This document shows, piece by piece, positions 48,301-57,446 of a stretch of DNA of 64,000 nt. How positions within the stretch are numbered: position 1 is the first letter of the stretch; each line of letters begins with the position of its first letter. The notes under the pieces were generated by a model that saw nothing but the letters and a program-made list of their open reading frames with translations, was not told where the DNA came from and searched no databases. A program made the position numbers and the translations under genes. Source of the DNA: an uncultured Myxococcaceae bacterium (GTDB taxonomy: Bacteria > Myxococcota > UBA727 > JABDBI01); the NCBI GenBank assembly GCA_964635635.1, contig CAZWPE010000001.1, forward strand, positions 639,020-703,019. Direction: 5' to 3'.

Positions 48301-48790
48301 TACGCTTAAACTCACGAATCGTATCACGAGCGCCATCTAAATCTCCCTTGGCGCATTTTTTACCCACTTCACCGCCCAAACAGGCAGTGGAGGCAATAAT
48401 CCCTTCGCGATGCTCGTATAATAAATCTTTATCGACACGAGGGTAGAAGTACTTTCCATCACAGAAAGCCTTTGAAGAAAGCTTCCGTAGATTTTCATAG
48501 CCAATATTATTTTCAGCTAAAAGCACCAAGTGGAAATTCTCACGAATCTTATCGGTATGCTTCGCTTTGCCAGTCACATAGGCTTCCATTCCTAAAATGG
48601 GCTTGATCCCTGCTGCTTTAGCTTGAGAATAGAAATCAAGGGCTCCGAACATATTGCCATGATCGGTCACAGCAACGGATTTCATCCCAAGCGCACTGAC
48701 TTTTTTCACTAAATCTTTGACACGAATTGCCCCATCCAGAAATGAATACTGGGTATGCAGATGTAAGTGGGCAAAATCGTTGGCAGACAT
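45305..48790 (-). CDS. dnaE: DNA polymerase III alpha subunit
   Basis: 1161 aa. PHP domain HLHLHTQYSFLDGA, polymerase core and OB fold. Confidence 0.95.
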   Translation of the reverse strand: MSANDFAHLHLHTQYSFLDGAIRVKDLVKKVSALGMKSVAVTDHGNMFGALDFYSQAKAAGIKPILGMEAYVTGKAKHTDKIRENFHLVLLAENNIGYENLRKLSSKAFCDGKYFYPRVDKDLLYEHREGIIASTACLGGEVGKKCAKGDLDGARDTIREFKRIFGENHFFLEVQPNGIDIQNQVNAHLAEMARSEGLRLIATNDCHYVNREEHDAQNILMAIRQQKAWDDPTLHKHETDAFYIRSGQEMWDLLKDDYAKAFETACEVGARCQVDLKLGQTFLPSFNCPDAYKDETDYLYALAQQGLERRFKEMTYPVDRDQYQARLALELGVIIRMGFSGYFLIVQDFINWAKDSRIRVGPGRGSGAGSLVAYALRITDIDPIPYNLLFERFLNPERVSMPDFDVDFMQERRGEVIQYVTERYGRDHVGQIATYSGLNPKSAIKDVARTLGIPFSEINELTKPMPLLIEGQKPDLDEALEFAPKLKEKAAQDPVYQRILDTARVLEGLYRQAGMHAAGVVISDKPLVEYVPLFAGQHGELITQFDKDKVEYAGLVKFDFLGLKTLDVIANAEDLVNERLKAEGKDPIQIELLSPNAPESKGVYELIASGDTLGVFQVESGGFQDLCRRLKPDCFEDIIAAGALYRPGPMQSGMVDDFVDRKHGRKKVVYPHPSLEAILKPTYGTFVYQEQVLLAAQVLAGYSLGKADLLRRAMGKKKFEEMQKQRAEFVKGSQDNGVDPDQAGSIFDSIEKFAGYGFNKSHAAAYAMITYQTAYLKHYYPVEFMAALLTTSSGSTEDVVKYIGEARTSGIEVLPPDINASSKKFTVDNQRIRFGLEAIKGLGDAALEIILETRKQTGNFKSLFEFCERVPLQKVNRKVLEALIKSGGFDGFERPRKQLHLALESAMTSAQKTQKDRERGQTSLFGTLESASPEHYEPCKEWPEKEKLGFERETLGFYLSGHPLDRYQSEAKRLGVLATAQLTQARHLESVQIMGVVADLKERMLKSGEGRWAVVNLEDNFGRVEVLAFNKAYAEYESLLKTKEPLLIKGRVLIDDIDDEGNVAMPKIRLESVTMLAKAQEEKTRFVDITLDAESTELLRDIQAVCELHRGQKPMRLIFEHAEGFKTYMICGEHIRIDASDNFLAALENLNGVKKAVRTSV

Positions 48791-49044
48791 AGGCGGGAGT
48801 GCCAGTCTGCCAAATCTTAAGGTCTAATGCAAACCCGATTTAATCTTCTGCGGTTTCAGACCGGGGGGTGTCAACCAACACAAAATCATCCAGTTCATTT
48901 GAAGGACAGCGGTTTTGTGGTTCTTCCAGCTCCTCTTTTAAAGGCACTGGTGGTAGGTTTTGACGAGGGGGAACACGTGGGTTGTTAATAGGCATTACCA
49001 TGTGATGTATAACTCTGGACATTCCTAAAAAATGCCCAGAAACC

Positions 49045-49092
49045 TCACCCCTAACCCCTCTCCACCAAGTGGAGAGGGGAGTTGCCAAAGAA
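49045..49092. repeat. Second copy of the CCTCACCCC...CCCTCTCC-loop-GGAGAGGG palindromic element (intergenic, between dnaE and tRNA-Ser)
   Basis: cctcacccctaacCCCTCTCCaccaagtGGAGAGGGGagttgcc. Same flank and stem as the pdxA insert, with a different loop. Confidence 0.45.
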
Positions 49093-49140
49093 CCCTCTTG
49101 TGTTCAATAAAAAATCCAGGCAATTACAAGTCCATCATTT

Positions 49141-49230
49141 GGAGAGATGGCCGAGCGGTTTAAGGCACTGGACTTGAAATCCAGCGTAGGGGTAACTCTA
49201 CCGTGAGTTCGAATCTCACTCTCTCCGCCA
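49141..49230 (+). tRNA. tRNA-Ser (anticodon UGA), class II with long variable arm
   Basis: Acceptor stem ggagaga/tctctcc + G + CCA. Anticodon loop cTTGAaa. TPsiC stem gagTTCGAATCtc. Extra arm gcgtaggggtaactctacc. Confidence 0.9.
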
Positions 49231-49303
49231 TCCGACGCCTTTTCGCCTTTTTCTATTCAGAGGATTGTAGCATAATAGATTCCTAACATATGCGTGTCAG
49301 ACG

Positions 49304-51148
49304 CTAATCCATGTCTTGGTTTGGGGGGATAAGTGAATCTGACTCATTACAGTATGAATAACCCCATGAAAGGCCTTGTTTGAACATGTGCTCGATTGCA
49401 AAGGGTTGTGACATCAGGCCCTTAGACCGATCATTTGATTGAGGGATATTGAGGTGATGTTTGAACGCGATTTTAATACCGAGTTCGAGCTGTTCTTTGA
49501 TTTTGGCTTCTGCCACACCGATCATTCGCATCATCAATTTCAAAATTTTCGTTTTAGTTTCAAGAGGAGTTTTAGAATGACGGAAGATAAAATTGAGTGC
49601 TTTCGCCTTGAGAGATGCGTGATTGTCAAGCTCACTCAGTTTATCAACCGCTTGTTCGGGTTCAATTTCATATCCTTCATCGAGCAAGGTTTTCAAAGCC
49701 TCAAGCCATGCTTGATCATCAGGAAGCCGATGATAAGCACTTGCCACATGACCAAAAATAACAGCCGAAGCAAAATAGTTTTTGCTCATCAAGATCGGCC
49801 GCACGGACTGAGGGCTATTTTGTTTAGAGTGCCAAAGTAATGAATGACCCAATGCCCGGTAAGCCATGTTCTCACTTTGAGTCATGTCTCCAAACTCCCG
49901 CATGGCACGAAAATGGTTGTTTTTGGGTGAAGCAAAAAATACCCTGAGGCTGCTTAAAAATCTATGGAGCTGAGAACCCAAGGTGTAGACTGGGTCAATT
50001 AGCGCAATCTGCTTAAGATGGGTTAAATGGTCTAAGAGCATCTTTTCATCAACCAAATCTAAAGCAAAGTGGGGACTTGTCTTTTCAATTCTGGCAAATG
50101 GAAAGTGAATGTAAGCATGTTGCAGAAAATCGCGTTCACCACTGAGCGGGGTTGCGTGTTCTCTAATTTTTAGCCTGTGTTGCTCCTGACTCTCCATGAT
50201 GCTTTCAACAGTTTGAGCTCCTGGGGCACCCGGACTAAGTTCTGGTCGCTTGCTTTTTGAAAACAGGCTTGCAAATTGGTCAAGTTCCTTGGGGTATGTT
50301 TCTGAGCCCGTTGTTTCAAATTCTTTGACGTTCCGCGTGTTAAATACTTGGATGTCTATTGCACTCAAACTAGAGGGATCAACATAGGCCGGCAGCTGAA
50401 AATCTGATGGCACATAACTCGTTCGATAAGCTTCAAGTTGAAGTGCCCTCATGTTTTTAAACAATTCACTGAATGACAAAGAAGGTGGTTTCGCTTTCAA
50501 TAGAGCTGACTTGTAAATACTATGTATAGTTGCTGAATTTAAAGCCATTTTATCGTTTCCGGTCGATACAACTGTGATTTCAGCGCCACTCTTTTTTGAA
50601 ATTTCTTCTAAAGCGAGGCGATTTTTTTCACGAAGAAAATTAGCGCCATAACAGGAGTTTAAAAAGAACACGATACGATTCATGATCGATGCATACCGTT
50701 CAATCGTTTGAAAGATCTCACTTTCAAAAGTTTTACTCCCTGATAGTTTCCAGCCTTCTGCTTCTAAAACACCGTGAGCTGTAACCACCATCACGAGCAA
50801 AGCAGAGTCTTCTGACGAAAGAGAGGCTTTCACATGACTGAACGGCACATACGTACCAGGGATATAGTCAGTGAGGGCATTCTCAGAAACGAAGTCAAAT
50901 ACATCAAAAAAGTTTTCTGGTTCTTTTACGCCCTCAACGTCTCTCAGGTCTGCAATGGTTTGAAAGCGATCGCCATATATGTCCCGAAGTGTTTTTTTAA
51001 ACAAAAGGCCAACATTCAGACGTTCTCCAATATCTCCATCGGTAAAAGAGCTCGAATGCAGGAATACTTTTTCAGCAGAAAAAGCATTGACCGACAAAAA
51101 GAGCAGAGCAAAAAACGTTTTTAGTTTATTTTTCATATATTTTATCAA
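49304..51148 (-). CDS. Secreted protein with N-terminal caspase-like (His-Gly ... Cys dyad) peptidase-like domain
   Basis: 614 aa. Signal peptide. VMVVTAHGVLEAEG followed by FFLNSCYGANF resembles the caspase/CHAT-type His...Cys arrangement. Probable start at the internal ATG (MKNKLK). Confidence 0.4.
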   Translation of the reverse strand: MIKYMKNKLKTFFALLFLSVNAFSAEKVFLHSSSFTDGDIGERLNVGLLFKKTLRDIYGDRFQTIADLRDVEGVKEPENFFDVFDFVSENALTDYIPGTYVPFSHVKASLSSEDSALLVMVVTAHGVLEAEGWKLSGSKTFESEIFQTIERYASIMNRIVFFLNSCYGANFLREKNRLALEEISKKSGAEITVVSTGNDKMALNSATIHSIYKSALLKAKPPSLSFSELFKNMRALQLEAYRTSYVPSDFQLPAYVDPSSLSAIDIQVFNTRNVKEFETTGSETYPKELDQFASLFSKSKRPELSPGAPGAQTVESIMESQEQHRLKIREHATPLSGERDFLQHAYIHFPFARIEKTSPHFALDLVDEKMLLDHLTHLKQIALIDPVYTLGSQLHRFLSSLRVFFASPKNNHFRAMREFGDMTQSENMAYRALGHSLLWHSKQNSPQSVRPILMSKNYFASAVIFGHVASAYHRLPDDQAWLEALKTLLDEGYEIEPEQAVDKLSELDNHASLKAKALNFIFRHSKTPLETKTKILKLMMRMIGVAEAKIKEQLELGIKIAFKHHLNIPQSNDRSKGLMSQPFAIEHMFKQGLSWGYSYCNESDSLIPPNQDMD

Positions 51149-51200
51149 TCAAAATTTAAAGATAAAAAATGATTGCCAGTAAATCTTAAATGTTTTCCTG

Positions 51201-51312
51201 CATCTGTCAATCCTGTTCTTTTTAAGCCGAATACCTTTGCAATCTGGCTACAAGCTTGCATTACATCAGTTCACTAGTGGTAATGGTAGTCAGACGCCTT
51301 TTCGCCTTTTCC
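51201..51312. repeat. Copy 1 of a ~100-bp intergenic repeat family ending in tandem motif (cagacgccttttcgccttttcc = RC GGAAAAGGCGAAAAGGCGTCTG)
   Basis: ~80% identical over ~100 bp to 63040..63146. Core agtggtaatggtagtcagacgccttttcgcctttt is shared with 53098..53166 (inverted). The 18-mer gacgccttttcgcctttt also occurs just 3' of tRNA-Ser (49232..49249). Confidence 0.5.
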
Positions 51313-51324
51313 GCTTCGATAGCC

Positions 51325-52785
51325 TTATCGAGTTCGTCGAGTGGAGTTAGGCTTTTTTTCTTCCGGGTAATCTTGGCATCCTCTAACAGCATTTAAATTA
51401 GCACCCTTGTGAGCACCCAGAGCCGTAATCAATCGACCCTCCACGCATCTCAAAACCTTGTTCACGTGGTCCTTTGGATTACCCTCATTTTCATCTTCAT
51501 CTTCATTTAAAAAGTCAGATAATCCAAGCGAGAACGGATCTATGCCTGTAACTAAGAGTGAATGACATGTAACTCCAGATTCTAACATCCAACTATGAAG
51601 GCGACTATCTTCGTTTTTATTGGCACACTCAAGATGCTCTACGTTGCGTATTATTAATACTCTATTTCCTTTGGGGCCAGAACTGACGAGCCCGATATAG
51701 TATCCTTTTAACCCGTGAGCTGTAAAAAGATCCTTAAAATAAGCAGAGAGTCCCGTTACTTCTTTCTCAGAAGGGCAATGATCAAATGTAATAATTGGAA
51801 TTTTACGAGGCAGTGGTGTTTTAGTGTAGACATAAATCTGTCCCGGTAAGATTACTCCTTTCTTCTCTGGATTTGGTTTATTTGTTTCTTCATCCCAAAG
51901 ATAAATGGCTCTAGGTTCAATGTCTCCTATTGTTTGCCCAGAAGAGGATGTTGGCGTTTGAAAAGCATAGCATTTTTCAGCCGGCCTAACTTGTTTAAGT
52001 GGTGTTTCTGAAGGATTAGTGGATTGTTGAAGATGGGTATGGTTAGCTTCAGTATGAGATGCTGCGTCAATAATTTCGCATGCTTTCACCGTGGCTTGAG
52101 ATGCTGCAGCTGCAGCTGTAGCTTGAGATCCTCCGGTAGAACTTATCGTTTTTTTTGAGAAGGTATATTCATCATCATCTTCGAAATTTAACTGACACGA
52201 AACTGTAGATTCAGATTCTTCAGGCTGAACACTTGTAGGCTTAGTCTTCTTAGGTGAAGATGAAGGTGAACCTGTTGTTTGTTTCTGACCAGGGACAGTT
52301 TGAGAAGCTTTCTTTTCAAAGTCTATCTGATTGGATTCAGAACTTTCTGCAATAAGCTTGGATGCTTCCTTAATTTCAGCAGGTGACTCTAACAAAGCAT
52401 TTTGATCAAACTCACCCAACTCATCTTGCTCTTGTTCAAGTTCTTCAATCTGTTCCTTGTTCTTAAGCTGCCCCTGTTGCTTAAGCTCTTCTATTTGCTT
52501 TTTAATTTTCTTTAATTTCTGTCCAACTGTTTTAGGTTCATCTTTAGATGTTTTTTTTTCAAGTGCCTCAGTTGGATCATTTTTTTCTAAAGCTTTTACA
52601 GCAAATAGAGATAGCCACGGTTGCTTTTTAAAAGTTTGAAATAAACTTTGGATAGGTGCTGCGATAGGATTCAAGATTTGAATTTCAGCAAAAACAGGCA
52701 ATGATGCTAACATTAAACAAAAAACAATTCTGAAAAACATGAAAACTCCGGAAAACAAACAATTGGCTATAAGCAGATCAAACAA
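51325..52785 (-). CDS. Secreted coiled-coil / low-complexity hypothetical protein
   Basis: 486 aa. Signal peptide (MFFRIVFCLMLASLPVFA), Lys/Glu-rich coiled-coil, Ser/Thr-rich linker, Cys/His-containing C-terminal domain with no clear family. Confidence 0.4.
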   Translation of the reverse strand: MFDLLIANCLFSGVFMFFRIVFCLMLASLPVFAEIQILNPIAAPIQSLFQTFKKQPWLSLFAVKALEKNDPTEALEKKTSKDEPKTVGQKLKKIKKQIEELKQQGQLKNKEQIEELEQEQDELGEFDQNALLESPAEIKEASKLIAESSESNQIDFEKKASQTVPGQKQTTGSPSSSPKKTKPTSVQPEESESTVSCQLNFEDDDEYTFSKKTISSTGGSQATAAAAASQATVKACEIIDAASHTEANHTHLQQSTNPSETPLKQVRPAEKCYAFQTPTSSSGQTIGDIEPRAIYLWDEETNKPNPEKKGVILPGQIYVYTKTPLPRKIPIITFDHCPSEKEVTGLSAYFKDLFTAHGLKGYYIGLVSSGPKGNRVLIIRNVEHLECANKNEDSRLHSWMLESGVTCHSLLVTGIDPFSLGLSDFLNEDEDENEGNPKDHVNKVLRCVEGRLITALGAHKGANLNAVRGCQDYPEEKKPNSTRRTR

Positions 52786-53097
52786 TAATCAAATCAATTG
52801 CTTTAATTGCTTTGTTTTGAAAATAATTTCAATTGTTTTTTGTTTGTTTGCTTGTTTTTAAACAATTGTTTTTATGGTAAAACAGGCGAATAGGCATCAG
52901 GCACGCACATTTTGGCAACTGGCATCTAATGGTTTCATAAGATTTGTGTGGGTGCCTCGTATCTGACGCCTATTGGCCTTTGAAAGCTGTTGGAGCAGGG
53001 CATTTGTCAGAAAGACAGCCCTACTGGGACAGATTGGTATCTGAAATAAACCTTCGCTTGCAGCTTTAATCTTTTGCAGAAGCTGCTGCTGCTGCTG

Positions 53098-53166
53098 AGA
53101 AAAGGGAAAAGGCGTCAGGCTACCATTACCACTACTTCCAGAAAGCCAATTTGTGGCTTCTGATCA
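53098..53166. repeat. Copy 3 (opposite orientation) of the intergenic repeat family, upstream of the DEAD-box helicase
   Basis: gaaaagggaaaaggcgtcaggctaccattaccactacttcc = RC of agtggtaatggtagcctgacgccttttcccttttc. Adjacent (GCT)5 run. Confidence 0.4.
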
Positions 53167-53238
53167 TGGGGATTGGCCAAATCCGCAGGCCAGCGATTTG
53201 TGATAGACAAATACGTTTGAAATAGTATATTAAATCAA

Positions 53239-54447
53239 ATGAATTTCAAAGAACTGGGGCTTATCGAGCCTCTTATCCGCTCTGTCACAGAGCTGGGCTA
53301 CTCCGAAGCATCTCCCATCCAAAGCAAAGCAATTCCGGCCGTTTTGGGAGGACATGACGTCTTGGCATCTGCGCAAACGGGCACCGGGAAAACGGCCAGT
53401 TTCGTGCTGCCAATCTTGCAGCTTCTAAGCGCTAAGCCCAAAGCAACATCCAATAGTACCAAAGTCCTCATTCTGACCCCTACCCGTGAATTGGCCGCTC
53501 AAGTTCATGACAGCATCAAAGAATATGGACGTTATCTTAGAATCCGTTCAGCGGTTGTGTTTGGGGGCGTCAAAATCAACCCACAAATGATGCAACTTCG
53601 CTCAGGCGTTGACATTCTGGTCGCCACACCAGGCCGCCTCATGGATTTACATAATCAAAATGCTATTCGATTCAACGAAATTGATACTTTGGTTTTAGAT
53701 GAAGCTGACCGGATGCTAGACATGGGTTTTATTCACGAGATTAAGCGCATCATTAAGCTGCTTCCTCAAACGCGCCAGAATTTGCTCTTTTCTGCCACTT
53801 TTTCGCCAGAAATTCGAAATCTCGTCAAAGGAATTTTGAATAATCCTGTTGAAATCGACGTTGCTCCACGAAACACAACCGTCAACACAGTGACACAAAG
53901 TATTCACCGTGTAGATAAATCTCGCAAAACAGAACTGCTCAGCTATTTAATCAATAAAAATAAGTGGACTCAGACCCTGGTGTTTTCGCGCACCAAACAT
54001 GGCGCCAACCGATTGGTTGAGCAACTGGCCAAAGCTAATATTCATGCAGCCGCCATTCATGGCAATAAATCCCAAGCGAATCGAACCAAAGTATTGGCTG
54101 GTTTTAAAGCAGGCGAAATTCGTGTGCTGGTGGCAACCGATATTGCTGCCCGCGGTATCGATATTGATCACCTGCCTTGTGTGGTGAACTTTGACTTGCC
54201 TCAAGTTGCTGAAGATTATGTACACCGTATTGGCAGAACCGGTAGAGCAGGTGCAACTGGCATTGCTCTTTCACTGGTTTCAGCTGACGAAATACCCCTG
54301 CTGCATGGTATTGAGAAACTCATCAAACACAAGTTAGACCAAGTGGCCGTACCAGACTTTAAGCCAAGGCATAATACCCCAGACTTGACGACAGCCACCC
54401 GCAATGGGCAGCTTCCTGGGCTAAAGTTATTTAATAGAAGACGGTAA
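53239..54447 (+). CDS. DEAD-box ATP-dependent RNA helicase (RhlE-like)
   Basis: 402 aa. Q-motif region, [34 protein letters not shown]. ~450-bp upstream leader. Confidence 0.9.
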   Translation: MNFKELGLIEPLIRSVTELGYSEASPIQSKAIPAVLGGHDVLASAQTGTGKTASFVLPILQLLSAKPKATSNSTKVLILTPTRELAAQVHDSIKEYGRYLRIRSAVVFGGVKINPQMMQLRSGVDILVATPGRLMDLHNQNAIRFNEIDTLVLDEADRMLDMGFIHEIKRIIKLLPQTRQNLLFSATFSPEIRNLVKGILNNPVEIDVAPRNTTVNTVTQSIHRVDKSRKTELLSYLINKNKWTQTLVFSRTKHGANRLVEQLAKANIHAAAIHGNKSQANRTKVLAGFKAGEIRVLVATDIAARGIDIDHLPCVVNFDLPQVAEDYVHRIGRTGRAGATGIALSLVSADEIPLLHGIEKLIKHKLDQVAVPDFKPRHNTPDLTTATRNGQLPGLKLFNRRR

Positions 54448-54487
54448 TCCAATATATTTTTTAAGATCGAAATCATTAAGAGGTCTA

Positions 54488-54513
54488 TTACGCTGGTAAT
54501 CTTCCCAGCTTTT
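54488..54513 (+). terminator. Candidate intrinsic terminator downstream of the DEAD-box helicase (gctgg-loop-ccagc followed by TTTT)
   Basis: cgctggtaatcttcccagctttt located ~40 nt after the stop. Short stem, so weak. Confidence 0.2.
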
Positions 54514-54710
54514 ACCAGCTTTAACCAAAAGTTCCTCCATGTCCGACTGGAAATCATACTTTGTAGATAATCAAAAACAGTTCGGTGGATTCACAAAGCA
54601 ACTTCTAACATAGGCATGTATCTTAAAATTTAAAGCCTGTGCCAGAAAAAGCTCAACGTTGCTTCATATTCCAATTAAGTAAGCGGGGTGTCGACCCGTT
54701 GCGACCGTTA

Positions 54711-55142
54711 CTATCCGTTCGTAATTTGAAACCCCAAGGCACTTGCAAATGTCACCCCAGCAATCCCAAGAAGGACACGAATGGGTTTTTTAAGATTCAG
54801 TGTTTTGCAATAATCATACACTTCTAGTCCCTTCCAAATCGCTATTAGTAGCCATGCAGGAGTCGTCACAATAAAAAACTCCTTCAGAGGTGGAACTTTT
54901 TTGGCTGGCGGTGGGCTATATTGGCATTTCTCTTGCTTCCACTGACATTGGACAGCTGCGGACCTACACGACTGCTCGCTCTTCAGATTACTACATGCTG
55001 CGTGCAGACGACGCACATAATCCTCATACTCTGCAACAGCCACAGCTTGTTGCCACATGAATGCAACTGGATCATGTCCATTTGCCTGAGACCACTGTGC
55101 AATCAGTGCAGTAAGCAAAAATGATGTTATTAATTTTCTCAT
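54711..55142 (-). CDS. Small secreted Cys-rich hypothetical protein
   Basis: Start taken at MRKLITSFLLTALIAQWSQANG (signal peptide), 4-nt overlap with the upstream AAA gene stop. Several Cys and a C-terminal hydrophobic segment. Confidence 0.35.
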   Translation of the reverse strand: MRKLITSFLLTALIAQWSQANGHDPVAFMWQQAVAVAEYEDYVRRLHAACSNLKSEQSCRSAAVQCQWKQEKCQYSPPPAKKVPPLKEFFIVTTPAWLLIAIWKGLEVYDYCKTLNLKKPIRVLLGIAGVTFASALGFQITNG

Positions 55143-56917
55143 AATGACTCGCAAGACGGCTGCTGAGGCTGCCCGCATTTTCGGGATTCATCGTGTGACT
55201 GTGGGCTGTTTGCTTTGTCAGCGGGCTCCGCTTTAGGCGCTTTAGACGCTTCCGATAGAGGCTCTCGACGTTCGAAGCTTCCAAGGATTCTCTTCTTAAG
55301 AAGCTCATCCGTGATGCGAGCTTTGCCCGAAATTCTCTCTTGTTCCTGCAAAGCCTCTACTTGGCCTAAGAACTCGCTTATCACAGCTTGAATAGTCCTA
55401 GCGCCTGGGTTTCGCTTCTGATCTTCATCAAGCATGAAGGGCAAATATTTCATGGCTACCTTTTGAATTTCAAGAATATCATTCTCGCTCAAAAACTCTG
55501 AGCGTTCGCAAAGTGATTGTTTGAGAGACCCCAAAGCTGCAGCTTCTTTCTCTGCCCTCGTGAGCTGGGAAAGAGAGATTTGAGAAATTCGGCTTAACAA
55601 AGCCGTATTGGTTAATGGATAATTGCTTGCAAACAAAAATGTCGACCGTGAAGTATCAATATCAATCCCGAGACCTATATGTTTTAAGTTCATTGATGAT
55701 GGATCTGTAATTTTTTTGAATTCTGCTTGAATTTGCTGGCGCTTCACAAAGTTAAGGTCAAAACCGGTAGTTTGCCCCATCGAATCACTGAGATATTCTC
55801 CAGCTTCATCAAAAAAGATAACAGGATTTTTATAACCAGTGGTTGTATAGCACGCAGCTATTTTTCCTAACACCTCATCGTCAGACATCTTAATTTCATC
55901 ATCTCCCATGTGCTGGGGCCCCAGAAGCTGTGATGGTTCAAGAGCAGCCATGCTAATTGTGCAAACTGGCACCCCAAGAGCCTCACCTAATTGCTTTACA
56001 AAGGTCGTTTTTCCGGTTCCCGGTGGGCCATAAAGATATGCCTGTACACGACTTCCCCGACTGGCAATGGAATTATCTCTAATTGCTGAAACTAAGAGTT
56101 CCAAGGCAGGTTGCTGATCTTCTGGGTAGCGACTAATTAAATCATTCACACGGTGGTCCAGAATCCGCTTAATCTCTTTGTCTCCTTCTTTATTTCGGTG
56201 AGAAATATTAAGAGTTTTTGTTGGAAATGCGAGGTATACCTGCTGCTTTCTTCTTAAAAACCTAAATGCTGCATCGCCCTGCTTCTGGGCCAATAGACTC
56301 ATAATACTACGGTCAAGCGACTGGATTCTCTGACGAATATCTTCAGGCAATTCTTTGATTTTAGATTCTGATGTTTGAACGAGTTTATCCTGAACGTAGT
56401 TTAAACCCTCATTGAGATCCATTTTGGATTTTCTAACCGACTCAACAACATTGTAAGCAAAATTTGTAAATGCAGTTCCTAAAGCAAGAAGTGCCGAACT
56501 TGATGTGGCAGAAGGTGAATCAGATTTAGGGGATTCAGGCTCGGCCGTTGTTGCAGCCTCTGGCTTTGCAGGAATCAAATATTTTGAAGCCATGACAGTA
56601 ATGGCCGTAAGACTACCAGCAACCAGTAGCTTGACGCTTTCCCATCCCAAATCCGTTGCAATTTTATAAACATCTCGACCACCGGTACAATAGCGCTGTT
56701 GAAGTTGTTCAAACTCCAGCTTTCTGGATTGAAGCGTATTCAAATTGGCCAAATTTTCTTTTTTCCATATCTGAAAACGTTCAAGGTCATTATCGCTCAA
56801 GGTTGTTTTAAGGTTAATGGATGAATGCTTTGAGCAATCGCTTGTATCCCCTGCGGCAACAGAAAAACTGGAGCCCAAAAGAGCAGCCATAAAAGATATA
56901 AAATTTAGATAAAACAT
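55139..56917 (-). CDS. Membrane-anchored AAA family ATPase (classic-clade AAA; Bcs1-like topology)
   Basis: 592 aa. N-terminal signal/TM segments. Walker A YLYGPPGTGKTTFV, Walker B VIFFDEAGEY. Confidence 0.6.
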   Translation of the reverse strand: MFYLNFISFMAALLGSSFSVAAGDTSDCSKHSSINLKTTLSDNDLERFQIWKKENLANLNTLQSRKLEFEQLQQRYCTGGRDVYKIATDLGWESVKLLVAGSLTAITVMASKYLIPAKPEAATTAEPESPKSDSPSATSSSALLALGTAFTNFAYNVVESVRKSKMDLNEGLNYVQDKLVQTSESKIKELPEDIRQRIQSLDRSIMSLLAQKQGDAAFRFLRRKQQVYLAFPTKTLNISHRNKEGDKEIKRILDHRVNDLISRYPEDQQPALELLVSAIRDNSIASRGSRVQAYLYGPPGTGKTTFVKQLGEALGVPVCTISMAALEPSQLLGPQHMGDDEIKMSDDEVLGKIAACYTTTGYKNPVIFFDEAGEYLSDSMGQTTGFDLNFVKRQQIQAEFKKITDPSSMNLKHIGLGIDIDTSRSTFLFASNYPLTNTALLSRISQISLSQLTRAEKEAAALGSLKQSLCERSEFLSENDILEIQKVAMKYLPFMLDEDQKRNPGARTIQAVISEFLGQVEALQEQERISGKARITDELLKKRILGSFERREPLSEASKAPKAEPADKANSPQSHDESRKCGQPQQPSCESL

Positions 56918-57044
56918 CCCGTATTTTTAGAACAACAATAAACGCCTGTCAATAACATCTAATGACAGACGAGACAGGATAAGCGTCATGCATATGTTAG
57001 CAACTTGTAACTGGATATAAGGGACGCTAGAGTCCTAATACGCA

Positions 57045-57446
57045 TTATAAATCCGTTTGAATCCCCATATCGACCTTAAGAGCAGGATGGCCCGTGTATA
57101 GATATTTCGCGTACATGGTGAGTCCCAAACAAAGAGTTCCCCAGAGCGCGCCTAAACCTACAACTGGATCATTCAGATAAACAACATAGGGTAAATTGAG
57201 CGCCGTTGTGACAATGCCAAGCCCTAATGCTTTCCAAGCAATTGCTTCCGTATTTTTAACCAAAAACAAGTAATACAGAGAATAGGCAGACGAAACGATG
57301 TTCACAGCCTGAGCTCCAAGCCCCATGACTTCAATGACTCGCGGAATTTGTGTTGAATTGCATTGTGTTCTATTAGACCCAGTAGCCGGCTGCGCAGCAG
57401 CTATCATCGATATAAATAGAAAAACAATCGATATCATACGAATCAT
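57045..57446 (-). CDS. Small integral membrane hypothetical protein
   Basis: 133 aa, 3-4 predicted TM helices. 4-nt overlap with the ABC-F stop. Confidence 0.4.
   Translation of the reverse strand: MIRMISIVFLFISMIAAAQPATGSNRTQCNSTQIPRVIEVMGLGAQAVNIVSSAYSLYYLFLVKNTEAIAWKALGLGIVTTALNLPYVVYLNDPVVGLGALWGTLCLGLTMYAKYLYTGHPALKVDMGIQTDL

Noticed and set aside
48840-49088. 82-aa ORF between dnaE and tRNA-Ser containing WRGVRGEV
   Set aside because: Its translation is dominated by the palindromic repeat (cctcacccc...ggagaggg). No start context and no homology. Treated as repeat DNA, not a gene.
51276-51305. Core agtggtaatggtagtcagacgcc resembling a tRNA D-arm (agtggtag) - possible tRNA fragment or pseudo-tRNA
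   Set aside because: No cloverleaf can be drawn, and there is no anticodon stem or TPsiC GTTCRA box. Similarity is limited to a few bases. Kept as an unclassified repeat.
52800-52870. Short direct repeats (aattgctttaattgctttg; caattgttttttgtttgtttgcttgtttt) that might suggest a CRISPR array
   Set aside because: Repeats are only 6-10 bp, irregular, AT-rich and lack unique spacers. No cas genes in the window. This is simple low-complexity DNA.
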